Assembly: GCA_005223125.1 (NCBI GenBank)
Contig: NJBH01000008.1
Coordinates: 64,001 to 128,000 of the forward strand
Direction: 5' to 3'
Source: Promethearchaeota archaeon Loki_b32
Lineage (GTDB): Archaea > Asgardarchaeota > Lokiarchaeia > Sigyniarchaeales > SOKP01
Length of the DNA stretch: 64,000 nt
The notes beneath the pieces are model-generated. The model was not told the origin of the DNA. It ran no database searches and saw only the letters and a program-made list of their open reading frames with translations. Numbering within the stretch: position 1 is the first letter of the stretch; each line of letters begins with the position of its first letter. The position numbers and the translations under genes were made by a program. This document shows, one piece after another, positions 19,991 through 29,729 of this stretch.

Positions 19991-21370
19991 TCATATAAAA
20001 TCATCTACTCTCATTTTTAAAAGATTATAGGATGGTTTTGATAATCTAATTCCTCCAGCTAACTTATGACCTCCCCCTACACCTCCTAATTCTTTTTTTA
20101 TAGTAGAAATAATCTTATTTACCCCAAATCCTTTATTGTTTTCTAAATATGTCCTTGAACAGCGAATACTTAATTTGATTGTACCGGATTTTTTCTCAGG
20201 ACCTCCAAGAAATAAGATTTTATTTGGGTCAAATAGTTCGTTAACCGCACTAAAACTAGCTGTATCTGACCAATTACTCGGTGGAATTTTTCCTTTTACT
20301 TCCAAGAAAAGTGCTTTTTCAGTTTCATAATGAGGAGATTCGATTGATAAAGTTCTTAAATTTTTAGAAAGATTCTCTATATATTCATAAAATATACTTT
20401 TAGCATAACGTGTTGTTGATTTTAATTGAATCATTGAAATCGCAGCACTAATATTCTTAAAACATAGAATATTCAATAAAAGCGCATGTTCAAAAGCAAA
20501 TTTCAATACTCCTAATTTTTGGGGTAATATTGCATAATGACCATAACTATCAATATTAGCGTTTCTTTGAATTTGTTGGATTTCTACACTTGTTAAATCA
20601 GCAACTTTAGTCTTAGGATTAATGTTTATCGAATTTAAAAATGAAGTGACCTCTTGATCCACTATTCCTCCAAATCGTCTAAGAAAGGGTAATATACTAT
20701 ATTTCAAACCATTCCTTATTGATTCATGCATACTTCCAAATAAAATTAAACCTTCTTTATCTTCAAGAAGTTCTTCACTAATTAATTCTTCATACACTTC
20801 CCGGTTAAATGATTTTAATTGATCCATTGGTTTTAGTGAATCTCCAGCAATTCCTAGTACTGTTAACCACCCTTGTTTCACTATAGAAGGTTTTACCTGC
20901 TTAGCAAACATATATGTTAGAGTTGCTCCAGCAATATGTTCTAAACCATCATAGCCATAAATAGTTGGATTAATAAAAAATAAATTTTCAGGAAATTCAT
21001 TGTTTTGGATGTCATCTTCTACTTCATGATGATCAAGAATGAAAAAGATTTCTTTTCTATTTTTAATAATCGGGATTAATTCTTTTAAATTTGAGCCTAC
21101 ATCTGTAAAGATGAATGCATTTTTATCTGTTTGTCTACTTGAAAGAATACCTTTTAGGTAATTATTCCAAGAAACAGATCGATTATAAATAAAATAATCA
21201 TAATCTAAATGCATTTTATATAATAAATTTTGGACCAGATGAAGACAGCTAATTCCATCAGCATCATTATGAGAAATGGTTACAACATGATTAAAGGAAC
21301 GATCGACAAATTGATCTATAGCATTGTTAAAATCTTCCAAGAATTTAGTTTTATTAGGTTTAGTGGTCAT
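19991..21370 (-). CDS. DHH-family phosphoesterase (RecJ/GAN/Cdc45-like)
   Basis: HNDADG, TDVG, DHH, GIAGD and DHHA1 GGGHKLAGG. Confidence 0.88.
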   Translation of the reverse strand: MTTKPNKTKFLEDFNNAIDQFVDRSFNHVVTISHNDADGISCLHLVQNLLYKMHLDYDYFIYNRSVSWNNYLKGILSSRQTDKNAFIFTDVGSNLKELIPIIKNRKEIFFILDHHEVEDDIQNNEFPENLFFINPTIYGYDGLEHIAGATLTYMFAKQVKPSIVKQGWLTVLGIAGDSLKPMDQLKSFNREVYEELISEELLEDKEGLILFGSMHESIRNGLKYSILPFLRRFGGIVDQEVTSFLNSININPKTKVADLTSVEIQQIQRNANIDSYGHYAILPQKLGVLKFAFEHALLLNILCFKNISAAISMIQLKSTTRYAKSIFYEYIENLSKNLRTLSIESPHYETEKALFLEVKGKIPPSNWSDTASFSAVNELFDPNKILFLGGPEKKSGTIKLSIRCSRTYLENNKGFGVNKIISTIKKELGGVGGGHKLAGGIRLSKPSYNLLKMRVDDFI

Positions 21371-21651
21371 TTATATCATTACATTCTGCATATTTAGATA
21401 CTATTTTGTCGATAAATTGATTAAAAATTAATGTCCAATATAAAATTTAATAGAAAACAAAGGTTCAAAACGTTGTAATTAATCTTATCTTATTTTGAAA
21501 TCTAATAAATTCCAAATAAATTCTATAATTATAAATATTCCGATTTCATTTAGGAATTTTAAGGAAAATTAGTTAGTGCTTAAAACCTATAGAAAAATTA
21601 TTTAATTTAAATTAATTTTCTGTTCTAAATACTAATATTATCTCATTTATA

Positions 21652-23337
21652 ATGATAAATAAAAAACGGAATTATACTATTAAATTCTTACTAGTTTTAG
21701 TAGCAATTTTTTTCATCTCAATTCCGTTAATGTTAGGAGACTTAAAATCCGACTTCAATACCGTACTTTATGATCCTAACCCTAAAATAAGCGATTTCTC
21801 CAAGGATGATTTTAATGCATTACTTACTGAAGAAAAACAAGGACTTGGAAATATATCTATATATGATATTGATTTTAGTGATTTAGAGATGGGATTTATT
21901 ACTTATAATGAAATGTATCCTCTAATTGGGGAAGATATTTTTTCAAAAAATTTGAATATAACCCAGCTTAATATGCAATTCAATGAAACTATAGACCCTG
22001 CAATAGTAGATAATTTGAATGAAAATATAACAGATAGCAATAGTATAACAGTGAAATTAAATGAAAGTTTGTTTGTTGAATACAATGATCTAACGGAAGG
22101 TTATTTAATTTATCTTCCTCGTTTAGTTCCTTGCGATTTATTACAATTTTCTGTTAATAATGGTACTGATAACTTTGAATTAATTGAAGAAACTGATTAC
22201 ACAGTTGATAAAGATAATTTCATTGTATTTAGTTATGAATCCTATTTTAATATATCTGTGACTACAAATTTCACAATGTATCTTATCTGGGAATATACTT
22301 TAGAATTAACTGATTGGAGTTTAAGTCAGATAATTGGGGATGAAGAATTAATAATTGAGGATGAAGAACAAGATTTTACTACTGATTTTAATTATTATTT
22401 TATTTTAACAGGGAAAACATATAATGAATCTATTCCAATTCCTGGCGAACCTATTTTCGCAGATAATATAGATATTGCCTTAACTATTAATCATCCAGAT
22501 AAGGATTTATTTACTAACCATATTCTTGAATTAAATAACGAAACTGTGGATATTGCTGGTCACTTAAATCCAGATGATACAATTGATGTATACTTGGCAG
22601 ATCACTTTTCCGGAGAACTAAGTGAATTTTCTTTGAATTTTACAATTCCATTTACATTTAAATTTATCGAACCTGTTGGGGAAACATGGGCAATAGACAG
22701 ACTTGTAGAAATGAATAATATCCGCCAGCGTATTTATTTAGCATCAATAATAAATGGCCCTCAACATATTTATTTCAAAAATCTATCATTTTATGAGCCT
22801 ACAATTTATGCTGATCAAATTTTAAGCAACACTTCTTTATTTGAAAGAGATTTCACATATTTCTTTTTGAATACGACTCTGACAGGAAGATATGGAATAA
22901 AAGTTAGTGTTCCTTATCTGATTGTTGGAGAAACTTGCCCTTTTATAATTAAATATAAACCGACCCAAACTCTAAGAGTTGTTGTATTAGATAATATAAA
23001 AATGCCACTTGTAGGAGCAGATGTTAAAGTATACTATTTTGATCAAGAATATGGAACGTATGTATCTAAAGATAAAGTTCAACCAATCAGTCCAGGCAAG
23101 ACCAATGAAAATGGTGAAATTGTATTATTGCATGTTCCTGCTGGAAATTATACAATTAGAGTTTATCACAGCGGAAGATTCCTAAAAGAATCTACTTGCA
23201 GTACTTATAATTATAGAAATTATATCACTACAAATTATCCTCATTTTCCTTTATGGATAATAATATTTGGAATTACAAATGGAATCATTCTAATATTTGG
23301 ATTAATTTTTTATTCAAAATATAAGAAAATGCGATAA
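21652..23337 (+). CDS. Cell-surface glycoprotein with a prealbumin/carboxypeptidase-regulatory-like domain and C-terminal TM
   Basis: N-terminal hydrophobic segment, many sequons, 'GADVKV...TNENGE...GNYTIRV', C-terminal TM with basic tail. Confidence 0.7.
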   Translation: MINKKRNYTIKFLLVLVAIFFISIPLMLGDLKSDFNTVLYDPNPKISDFSKDDFNALLTEEKQGLGNISIYDIDFSDLEMGFITYNEMYPLIGEDIFSKNLNITQLNMQFNETIDPAIVDNLNENITDSNSITVKLNESLFVEYNDLTEGYLIYLPRLVPCDLLQFSVNNGTDNFELIEETDYTVDKDNFIVFSYESYFNISVTTNFTMYLIWEYTLELTDWSLSQIIGDEELIIEDEEQDFTTDFNYYFILTGKTYNESIPIPGEPIFADNIDIALTINHPDKDLFTNHILELNNETVDIAGHLNPDDTIDVYLADHFSGELSEFSLNFTIPFTFKFIEPVGETWAIDRLVEMNNIRQRIYLASIINGPQHIYFKNLSFYEPTIYADQILSNTSLFERDFTYFFLNTTLTGRYGIKVSVPYLIVGETCPFIIKYKPTQTLRVVVLDNIKMPLVGADVKVYYFDQEYGTYVSKDKVQPISPGKTNENGEIVLLHVPAGNYTIRVYHSGRFLKESTCSTYNYRNYITTNYPHFPLWIIIFGITNGIILIFGLIFYSKYKKMR

Positions 23338-23751
23338 GGCTTTTGATTGTTATCTTTTGTGATAATATAGATGATCATTAATAAAAAACTTGCTGTCGTT
23401 AAATATACTATTATACATACAAACTTATTTTTGTAATACGAAATTAAACATAAAAAATAGGAATGGAAAAGAAAAAGTGGCAAGAGATTTAAACAGAAAG
23501 GTTCTTTTTACACTTTATTTTGGGATTTCTGGTGATACCTTACAATTTAGTTCAATAAGAGAAGCTTCAGGAGATGGAATGGCTCATGTTTACTCAATAC
23601 GATTAGAACTATCTCTTCTTTCAAACAAAATATGTCTATAGCTAAACAGCATAGTAATTATTGAACCAAATTTAACAAAAAGTCTAATCCAATTTTTATC
23701 ATAATCAAAATTAAATTTTGAGAAAAGAGATTAAAGTGTGAAATTGAAATA

Positions 23752-23898
23752 ATGAGAAAAGGATCTACGTTTGTATGGAAGTACTTCATCATATGTTTTG
23801 CAATATCCACATTTATACTGGTACCTATTGGAACTGTCTATGCGCAAGAGAGAACACTCTACTATATCGGGTATGATTATAAGGAGCTGATAATATGA
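23752..23898 (+). pseudogene. Signal-peptide-only remnant of a secreted precursor
   Basis: Translates MRKGSTFVWKYFIICFAISTFILVPIGTVYAQE..., similar to the 25461 N-terminus (TFFIIPTALAQE). Upstream 23610-23690 duplicates 25336-25415. Confidence 0.6.
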
Positions 23899-24389
23899 AT
23901 GAAAAGGAAAATAATGTGAAAGAAATGAATAAGGAAGAAAACCATAGGAGTTTTTGGAAAAAGTTTAATGAAAAATGGTTATGGGTTAATATCGGTAGTT
24001 ATATAGTTGGAACAATATTACCTTGGTGGTTATTTTTTATCGGTATTACAAACTTGATGACAGTAATCTTTTTAACAATATCAACCCTACTAATTATACC
24101 TTTGATGTATTACTTTTTCAATTACTTTAGAAAATCAAAGCACCAAACGATTATTATCAAAATAATGTTGGTTGGATGCGGCGGATTTAGTTTAGGTATT
24201 TTTATCTGGTTTTTTATTGGTTATACATTTATTATGGCTCCTTGGGCACCTTTAAATAATTTAACTGGTGTCCTAAGACAAAGAATTTTTCTTCTACTTC
24301 TGATATTTTCATGGGGACTTGCTGCATATATAATGTATAGAATAGGTAAAAAAAGAGATTGGAGACCACCCTCCCATTTAATAAATTAA
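23895..24389 (+). CDS. 4-TM membrane protein, immunity-like paralog 1
   Basis: Shared motifs WLWV, RKSK, GG..LG, WAP and GKKRDWRP. Confidence 0.8.
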   Translation: MNEKENNVKEMNKEENHRSFWKKFNEKWLWVNIGSYIVGTILPWWLFFIGITNLMTVIFLTISTLLIIPLMYYFFNYFRKSKHQTIIIKIMLVGCGGFSLGIFIWFFIGYTFIMAPWAPLNNLTGVLRQRIFLLLLIFSWGLAAYIMYRIGKKRDWRPPSHLIN

Positions 24390-24733
24390 GTAATTTTCTT
24401 TTTTTAATTCAAAAATTTTAAGATAAATTTGTAATACAAAAATAAGAAAGTGTAGAAGAAGGCAAAAAAAATCATCAAGAAAATGACAAATACAGATAGA
24501 AAATATTTTGAGGAAATAGAAAAGTTTGTCGATATTTTTAAGGAAATAAATCCAACAGTGATTGTTATTGAAGATATTAGTAAGAAAAAAGAAAAAATAA
24601 CATTTCTTAAAAGAAAAAATGATTGAATTATTAAAAGAGAGGAAAGGAACAAAATTTTTAGGTGAAATTAAAAATATCAGAAGGCAAAACTTTTTGGTTG
24701 TTGTTAATGATATGATTATAAGGAGCGGATATT

Positions 24734-25204
24734 ATGAATGAAAAGGAAATTAATGTGAAAGAGAGGAATAAGAAAGAAAACCAGAAGAGTTTCTGGAAAA
24801 ATTTTAAAGAGAATTGGTTATGGGTTACAATCGGGTTTTACATAGGTATAACATCAATGGGCTGGATTGAGTATTTCAGAGGATGTTTTTCTTTAATAGA
24901 AGTAGTTCTTCCCACTTTCATAGGTCCCATTTTTCTATTCGGTATCTTCTATATTAGAAAATCAAAGGATCAAAAAGTGATAATGCGATTGATAATAGTA
25001 ATTGGTGGTGGCTTAGCTTTAGGATTTCCGATATTCATGTCCGTCAATTATATTCTTTTTGTTACATCTTGGGCTCCTTTTCATGAGATTAACGCCATAT
25101 TACGAAGAATACTTACCATCTTGGTTATATTATTATCATATGGTGGAGCAGCATACATAATGGACAAATTAGGTAAGAAGCGAGACTATAGACCGTTTTT
25201 ATAA
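24734..25204 (+). CDS. 4-TM membrane protein, immunity-like paralog 2
   Basis: Same motif set; ends GKKRDYRPFL. Confidence 0.8.
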   Translation: MNEKEINVKERNKKENQKSFWKNFKENWLWVTIGFYIGITSMGWIEYFRGCFSLIEVVLPTFIGPIFLFGIFYIRKSKDQKVIMRLIIVIGGGLALGFPIFMSVNYILFVTSWAPFHEINAILRRILTILVILLSYGGAAYIMDKLGKKRDYRPFL

Positions 25205-25460
25205 TCTTAGAAATTATAAATAAACTTTTTTTTTTTTCAAAATATTTTAAACTAAATTTTTTTTTTTAATAAAATGAGAGACTCCTAGAAAAAGTCTTAA
25301 ACCTACCGCGACAGATGAAGATTAGGAATCAGGAATATCTCTTCTTTCAAACAAAATATTTATATAGCTAAATATCATAGTAATTACTGAAACAAACTTT
25401 ACAAAAAAGTCCAAAACAAAAATTAAAAAAAGTAAATTAAAATAAAGAGGCGAAACTAGG

Positions 25461-26879
25461 ATGAAGAAGAAATTAAAGATTAAATTTATATCAGCGATTA
25501 TTATTGGAATTATTCTATTACCTACTTGTACATTCTTCATAATCCCAACTGCTCTTGCTCAAGAGAATTCCTTTCAAAACATCTCAGTTCAAGAAGCATA
25601 TACAATGATAAAAAAGGAGGAAAATACTGAAAATCTTGTTATTTTAGATGTTAGAGATACAACCGAATTTAACTTAGGTCATTTATACGATTCTATTCTA
25701 ATACCTCTCAATGACCTTGAAGCAAGAATCGGTGAACTTGAAGATTATAAGACTTCTGAGATAATAATTTACTGTAAATCTGGTTATCGAAGTCAACAAG
25801 CAAGTGAAATTTTAGGTGAATATGGTTTTACAAAAGTATATAATATGCTTGGTGGCATTTTAGCATGGATTGATGCTGATTATCCAATTTGGACAACTTC
25901 ACATCATATTACAGTAGATGAAATAACCGATAAAAAATTTGAATTATTAATAGAACCATTTCTTTTACATTATAAAGGTTGTTCAACATGCACTGAGAAT
26001 CAAGAATGTCCTATTGAGAGTGAATCAATAAGTATAACATCTGAAACATTAGAACAAGGAGAAGATCAAATAGTTATTCTCAAAAAATATGAATTTAATG
26101 GAACAGTCTATGAATTTATTCATACTCATACTATTTTATGGAGTTATGATAAATTTACTAGTAATTATAATAAATCTGCTTACTTCATTTCAACAGAAAT
26201 TACTTCAGAAAATTTCTATTTGCAATATTATCAATTAGAATACGTAATATACCATAAGAACTATAACTTAACGATTTATACTCACCTTGAACCTTTAAAT
26301 TCAGAGATTTATAATAGTTCATTTACATATATAAAATATACTCCTGCTAACGGAAAAGCTATAACTTCAATGGAGTTTGTGCAATTCAATATGTCTGTTA
26401 TATTATCCCAACAATACGACATTTTAGCGGATATCGCGGAAGAAATGGCAGAAATATATAAAAAATCAGAAGATTTAGACCTAATGGAACTATATTATGG
26501 TTATACCAATATGGGAGAAGGAATTGGATCTCTTTCTGAATTAGTAAAAGAATGGCTTGGAGAATATGATTATCAAATTCTTGAAAGTGATGCAGTGTTA
26601 TACGATTACAGAGTACCCCCCATTAATGGTGGTGACCCTCCACCTCCACCTCCACCTCCACCTCCACCTCCACCTCCGCCTCCACCACCACCACCACTAC
26701 CATCTTTGTTAACATGTATTATTTGTATTGCGGGTTGTGAGCTAGCGGTTTTAGCAGGATGCATTATTGCATGCATTATCTATATCCCATTTTGCCCTGT
26801 TTGCGTAGTGGTAGTGGAATTATGGGAATTATTTGACCTAGGTTGTGGTTATGTTTGTGAATATATTGGTGCTTGTTAA
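25461..26879 (+). CDS. Secreted precursor: signal peptide + rhodanese + spacer + polyproline + 10-Cys halocin-C8-like C-terminus
   Basis: ALA/QE signal cleavage site; LDVR...YCKSGYRS rhodanese; ~20 Pro; hydrophobic C-terminus with 10 Cys ending CEYIGAC. Confidence 0.75.
   Translation: MKKKLKIKFISAIIIGIILLPTCTFFIIPTALAQENSFQNISVQEAYTMIKKEENTENLVILDVRDTTEFNLGHLYDSILIPLNDLEARIGELEDYKTSEIIIYCKSGYRSQQASEILGEYGFTKVYNMLGGILAWIDADYPIWTTSHHITVDEITDKKFELLIEPFLLHYKGCSTCTENQECPIESESISITSETLEQGEDQIVILKKYEFNGTVYEFIHTHTILWSYDKFTSNYNKSAYFISTEITSENFYLQYYQLEYVIYHKNYNLTIYTHLEPLNSEIYNSSFTYIKYTPANGKAITSMEFVQFNMSVILSQQYDILADIAEEMAEIYKKSEDLDLMELYYGYTNMGEGIGSLSELVKEWLGEYDYQILESDAVLYDYRVPPINGGDPPPPPPPPPPPPPPPPPPPPLPSLLTCIICIAGCELAVLAGCIIACIIYIPFCPVCVVVVELWELFDLGCGYVCEYIGAC
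26637..26696 (+). repeat. (CCTCCA)n/(CCA)n microsatellite encoding polyproline
   Basis: About 20 consecutive CCN codons. Confidence 0.95.
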
Positions 26880-26913
26880 CGGATTGGTATTTGTTCTTAA
26901 TAAACTTTAAGGA

Positions 26914-27363
26914 GTGGTTATATTGAAGCTGAAAGAAAAAATCAAGAACTTTTGGAATGAGTTTAAAAAGCATTGGTTATGGGTTAATATTGGTGCATAT
27001 ATGATGATAACGATGATAAATTGGACAGGATTTTTCCTTGGCTCTATAAAATTTGAGATAGCCCTCTTAATTACACTTATATACCCCTTAATAATTCTTA
27101 CTATCTTTTACATAAGAAAATCTAAATTTGAGACAACCATTTATAAGATAGTATGGATTGTATGTGGGGGTATAGCTCTAGGATTTCCAATATGGGGTAT
27201 AATTTTTTTCGTCCTTATTGGAGCTCCTTGGGCTCCTTTATATGAAGCACATAATATTTTAAGAGGAAGCATTTCAATCCTGATTCTGGTACCAGCATAT
27301 GGTGTGGCAGCGCATTTAATGTACAAATTAGGTAAGAAGCGAGACTATAGACCGTTTTTATGA
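26914..27363 (+). CDS. 4-TM membrane protein, immunity-like paralog 3 (candidate cognate of 25461); true start may be TTG 26923
   Basis: Same family; directly follows the Cys-rich precursor; its 3' end plus ~35 nt downstream is nearly identical to 25165-25240. Confidence 0.8.
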   Translation: MVILKLKEKIKNFWNEFKKHWLWVNIGAYMMITMINWTGFFLGSIKFEIALLITLIYPLIILTIFYIRKSKFETTIYKIVWIVCGGIALGFPIWGIIFFVLIGAPWAPLYEAHNILRGSISILILVPAYGVAAHLMYKLGKKRDYRPFL

Positions 27364-27717
27364 TCTTAGAAATTATAAATAAACTTTTTTTTTTCAAACT
27401 CTATCTGGGCAGTACTTCTATACTCTATCTGGGAAATGGTGAAAAGATGCCTATTATTTTACGAAATTAAAGAAATTAAACACTCTGTTAATCTATCAAA
27501 TGTAATAAATTCGGAAATTGTGCTTCATTTTTTAGCGAAAATCTCTAATACTCTCATATTATATGAAACTAAACAAGAGATAACGCAGTCTAGTGGTTCA
27601 AATAGTCGTGAGGAAGTAATTCAGTCTTTACAAAATATTTTTATTCAAGTGGATCCTTCACTAAAACTTGTTAAAGGAAAGATAAGAGAAATTTTTTTGT
27701 CATATTCTTCTTAAAGA

Positions 27718-29289
27718 TTAATTATTATCAACAGTTTCTCCATATCCAATTAACCGATAACGTCTATTTATTATTCTCGAAATTGCAAAGATAAAATCTT
27801 CTGCAGGACATATTGGAGGATTTAATTTAATGATAACACTGTCTTTTAAAATTTTAGTTACTGTTCCTCCTGTTTTTTCTGTACCAACGACTAATAATAA
27901 TTTTTCATTATGCTTAAGCGAATGTACTCTGAGCATCTGCTCGGAGCCAATCACCCTATCTAATAGGTTCACTTTAAATTCAATTTCATGAAGGATTTCA
28001 GGTAATGTATCTGGTTTTCCGACTAGGTTCCCTATTAAATGATCACCCTTAGTTAAAGCAGGATCTAAGTTAGTTCCTAAACCTATAAGCCCTCCAGGTT
28101 TTGCGTTATCTAGTAGGTTACTCCCTTGACTAATACTAACAACAGTAGATTTTAAAGGAATGTATTCATCTTTCACCCTTAAACCCGGTCGAATTTCTAT
28201 TTGATCTCCAATTTTAATCATTCCTTTTAACACTGAACCACCAATTACCCCACCCTTTAAATCACTTATTTCTTTCCCAGGTCTATTAATATCAAAAGAT
28301 CGTGCAATTAAAAATTGAAATTCGCCTTCAGGAAGTTTGGGGGATGGAATAATTTCTTCAAATGCTCTTATAATTAAATCTATATTTGCTCCAAATACAG
28401 CGGAAATTGGTATTATTGGAGCGTTTTCAGCAATAGTTCCCTTAATAAATTCTTTAATTTGTTGGTAATTTTCTAATGCTTGTTCTCGTGAAACCGCATC
28501 AATTTTATTTTGAATGATGATGATATTTTTTATTCCAGCAATGTGTAATGCTTCTAAATGTTCCCTCGTTTGTGGTTGAGGACATCGCTCATCAGCCGCA
28601 ATTAATAAGCAAGCTCCATCCATTAATGAGGCCCCACTTAACATTGTTGCCATAAGAATTTCATGACCAGGAGCATCAACAAATGAAATATTCCTTCTAA
28701 ATTCTAATTGTTCTTTACATTGTGGGCATAAGTAACGGGGTTGTCCTTTTTCCCTTGACTTCTCCGCTAGATAATATGTTATATATTCATCACAATTCGG
28801 ACAATATAAAATTGTGGCATTAGAATACCCTAATTTTATTGAAATTCCTCTTTCTTGCTCTTCAGAGTGTCTATCTGTCCAATCTCCTGTTAATGTTTTC
28901 ACTAATGTAGTTTTTCCGTGATCCACATGACCTACTAAACCTATATTACATTCAGCTTGTTTTTTTATTAATTCTTTAATATTTGAAGCTTTAGTTTTAG
29001 ATTTTGGTTTTGGTTTAGGTTTAGATTTTGGTTCTAGTTCTGGTTTTACTTTAGAAATAACTTTTACTTTAGATTTTGGCTCTTCTTGAGCACCAATTTC
29101 TTGATATAATTTCTTTGCATTAGTAATATATTTCTTTGCAGTAGCAGCACCCACACCTTTAATCTTTAACTTTATTAATTCATCAGGATTAACATTAGCT
29201 AATTTTGCAATGCTATCTATCCCTGCAGCTTTCATTTTATCTGCAGTAGCTTTTCCGATGCCAGCAATATCTGTTAAATCATATGACAT
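27718..29289 (-). CDS. eif2g: Translation initiation factor aIF2 gamma with an N-terminal HhH domain
   Basis: NIGLVGHVDHGKT, RGISIKLGY, DAPGHE, QPQTREH, NKID and RSFDINRPG; N-terminal tandem HhH (GIGKATA, GVGAATA). Confidence 0.95.
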   Translation of the reverse strand: MSYDLTDIAGIGKATADKMKAAGIDSIAKLANVNPDELIKLKIKGVGAATAKKYITNAKKLYQEIGAQEEPKSKVKVISKVKPELEPKSKPKPKPKSKTKASNIKELIKKQAECNIGLVGHVDHGKTTLVKTLTGDWTDRHSEEQERGISIKLGYSNATILYCPNCDEYITYYLAEKSREKGQPRYLCPQCKEQLEFRRNISFVDAPGHEILMATMLSGASLMDGACLLIAADERCPQPQTREHLEALHIAGIKNIIIIQNKIDAVSREQALENYQQIKEFIKGTIAENAPIIPISAVFGANIDLIIRAFEEIIPSPKLPEGEFQFLIARSFDINRPGKEISDLKGGVIGGSVLKGMIKIGDQIEIRPGLRVKDEYIPLKSTVVSISQGSNLLDNAKPGGLIGLGTNLDPALTKGDHLIGNLVGKPDTLPEILHEIEFKVNLLDRVIGSEQMLRVHSLKHNEKLLLVVGTEKTGGTVTKILKDSVIIKLNPPICPAEDFIFAISRIINRRYRLIGYGETVDNN

Positions 29290-29403
29290 GATAGTTAAAT
29301 TTTAGGTGTTATGACAGCTGAATATATTATTCCTAAGAAAAATTAAGAATTGATTTTTTATTAAATTAATCAATATATTTCATATTTTAACCAAAAAAAT
29401 CCA

Positions 29404-29622
29404 TTATGATGTTTCAATTGTCTTGATTCCACCAGGTTTTTTATCACGTTCTTTATAAGAAACTCTCAAAAGGCTATCTACATAAAATGTGGATAGTTTC
29501 TTACAAGATTTACAAACAATATATACTGGAGCAGGGTATTGTCTAGAATCAATATCATCCATCTCAATTCTAAACGTTATTTTCTCATTACAGATTGGGC
29601 AAAAATTAAATCTCAGAGGCAT
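29404..29622 (-). CDS. Small zinc-finger protein
   Basis: CPIC...CKSC. Confidence 0.6.
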   Translation of the reverse strand: MPLRFNFCPICNEKITFRIEMDDIDSRQYPAPVYIVCKSCKKLSTFYVDSLLRVSYKERDKKPGGIKTIETS

Positions 29623-29729
29623 AATTTAAAAACCTGATAATTTTCTAATATAATGGTTAGATTCTTATTTTTAAATTATTATTTCTAATAATAAATATAG
29701 AATTAATAATTTGTAACTATTGATAATAT

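Noticed and set aside
23390-23641. 83-aa ORF upstream of the immunity-like array
   Set aside because: It runs into the duplicated promoter block and has no clear start or family motif.
27436-27714. Transposase C-terminal remnant
   Set aside because: Only a faint resemblance (F.EIK...LHFLA); no DDE core or terminal repeats to support it.
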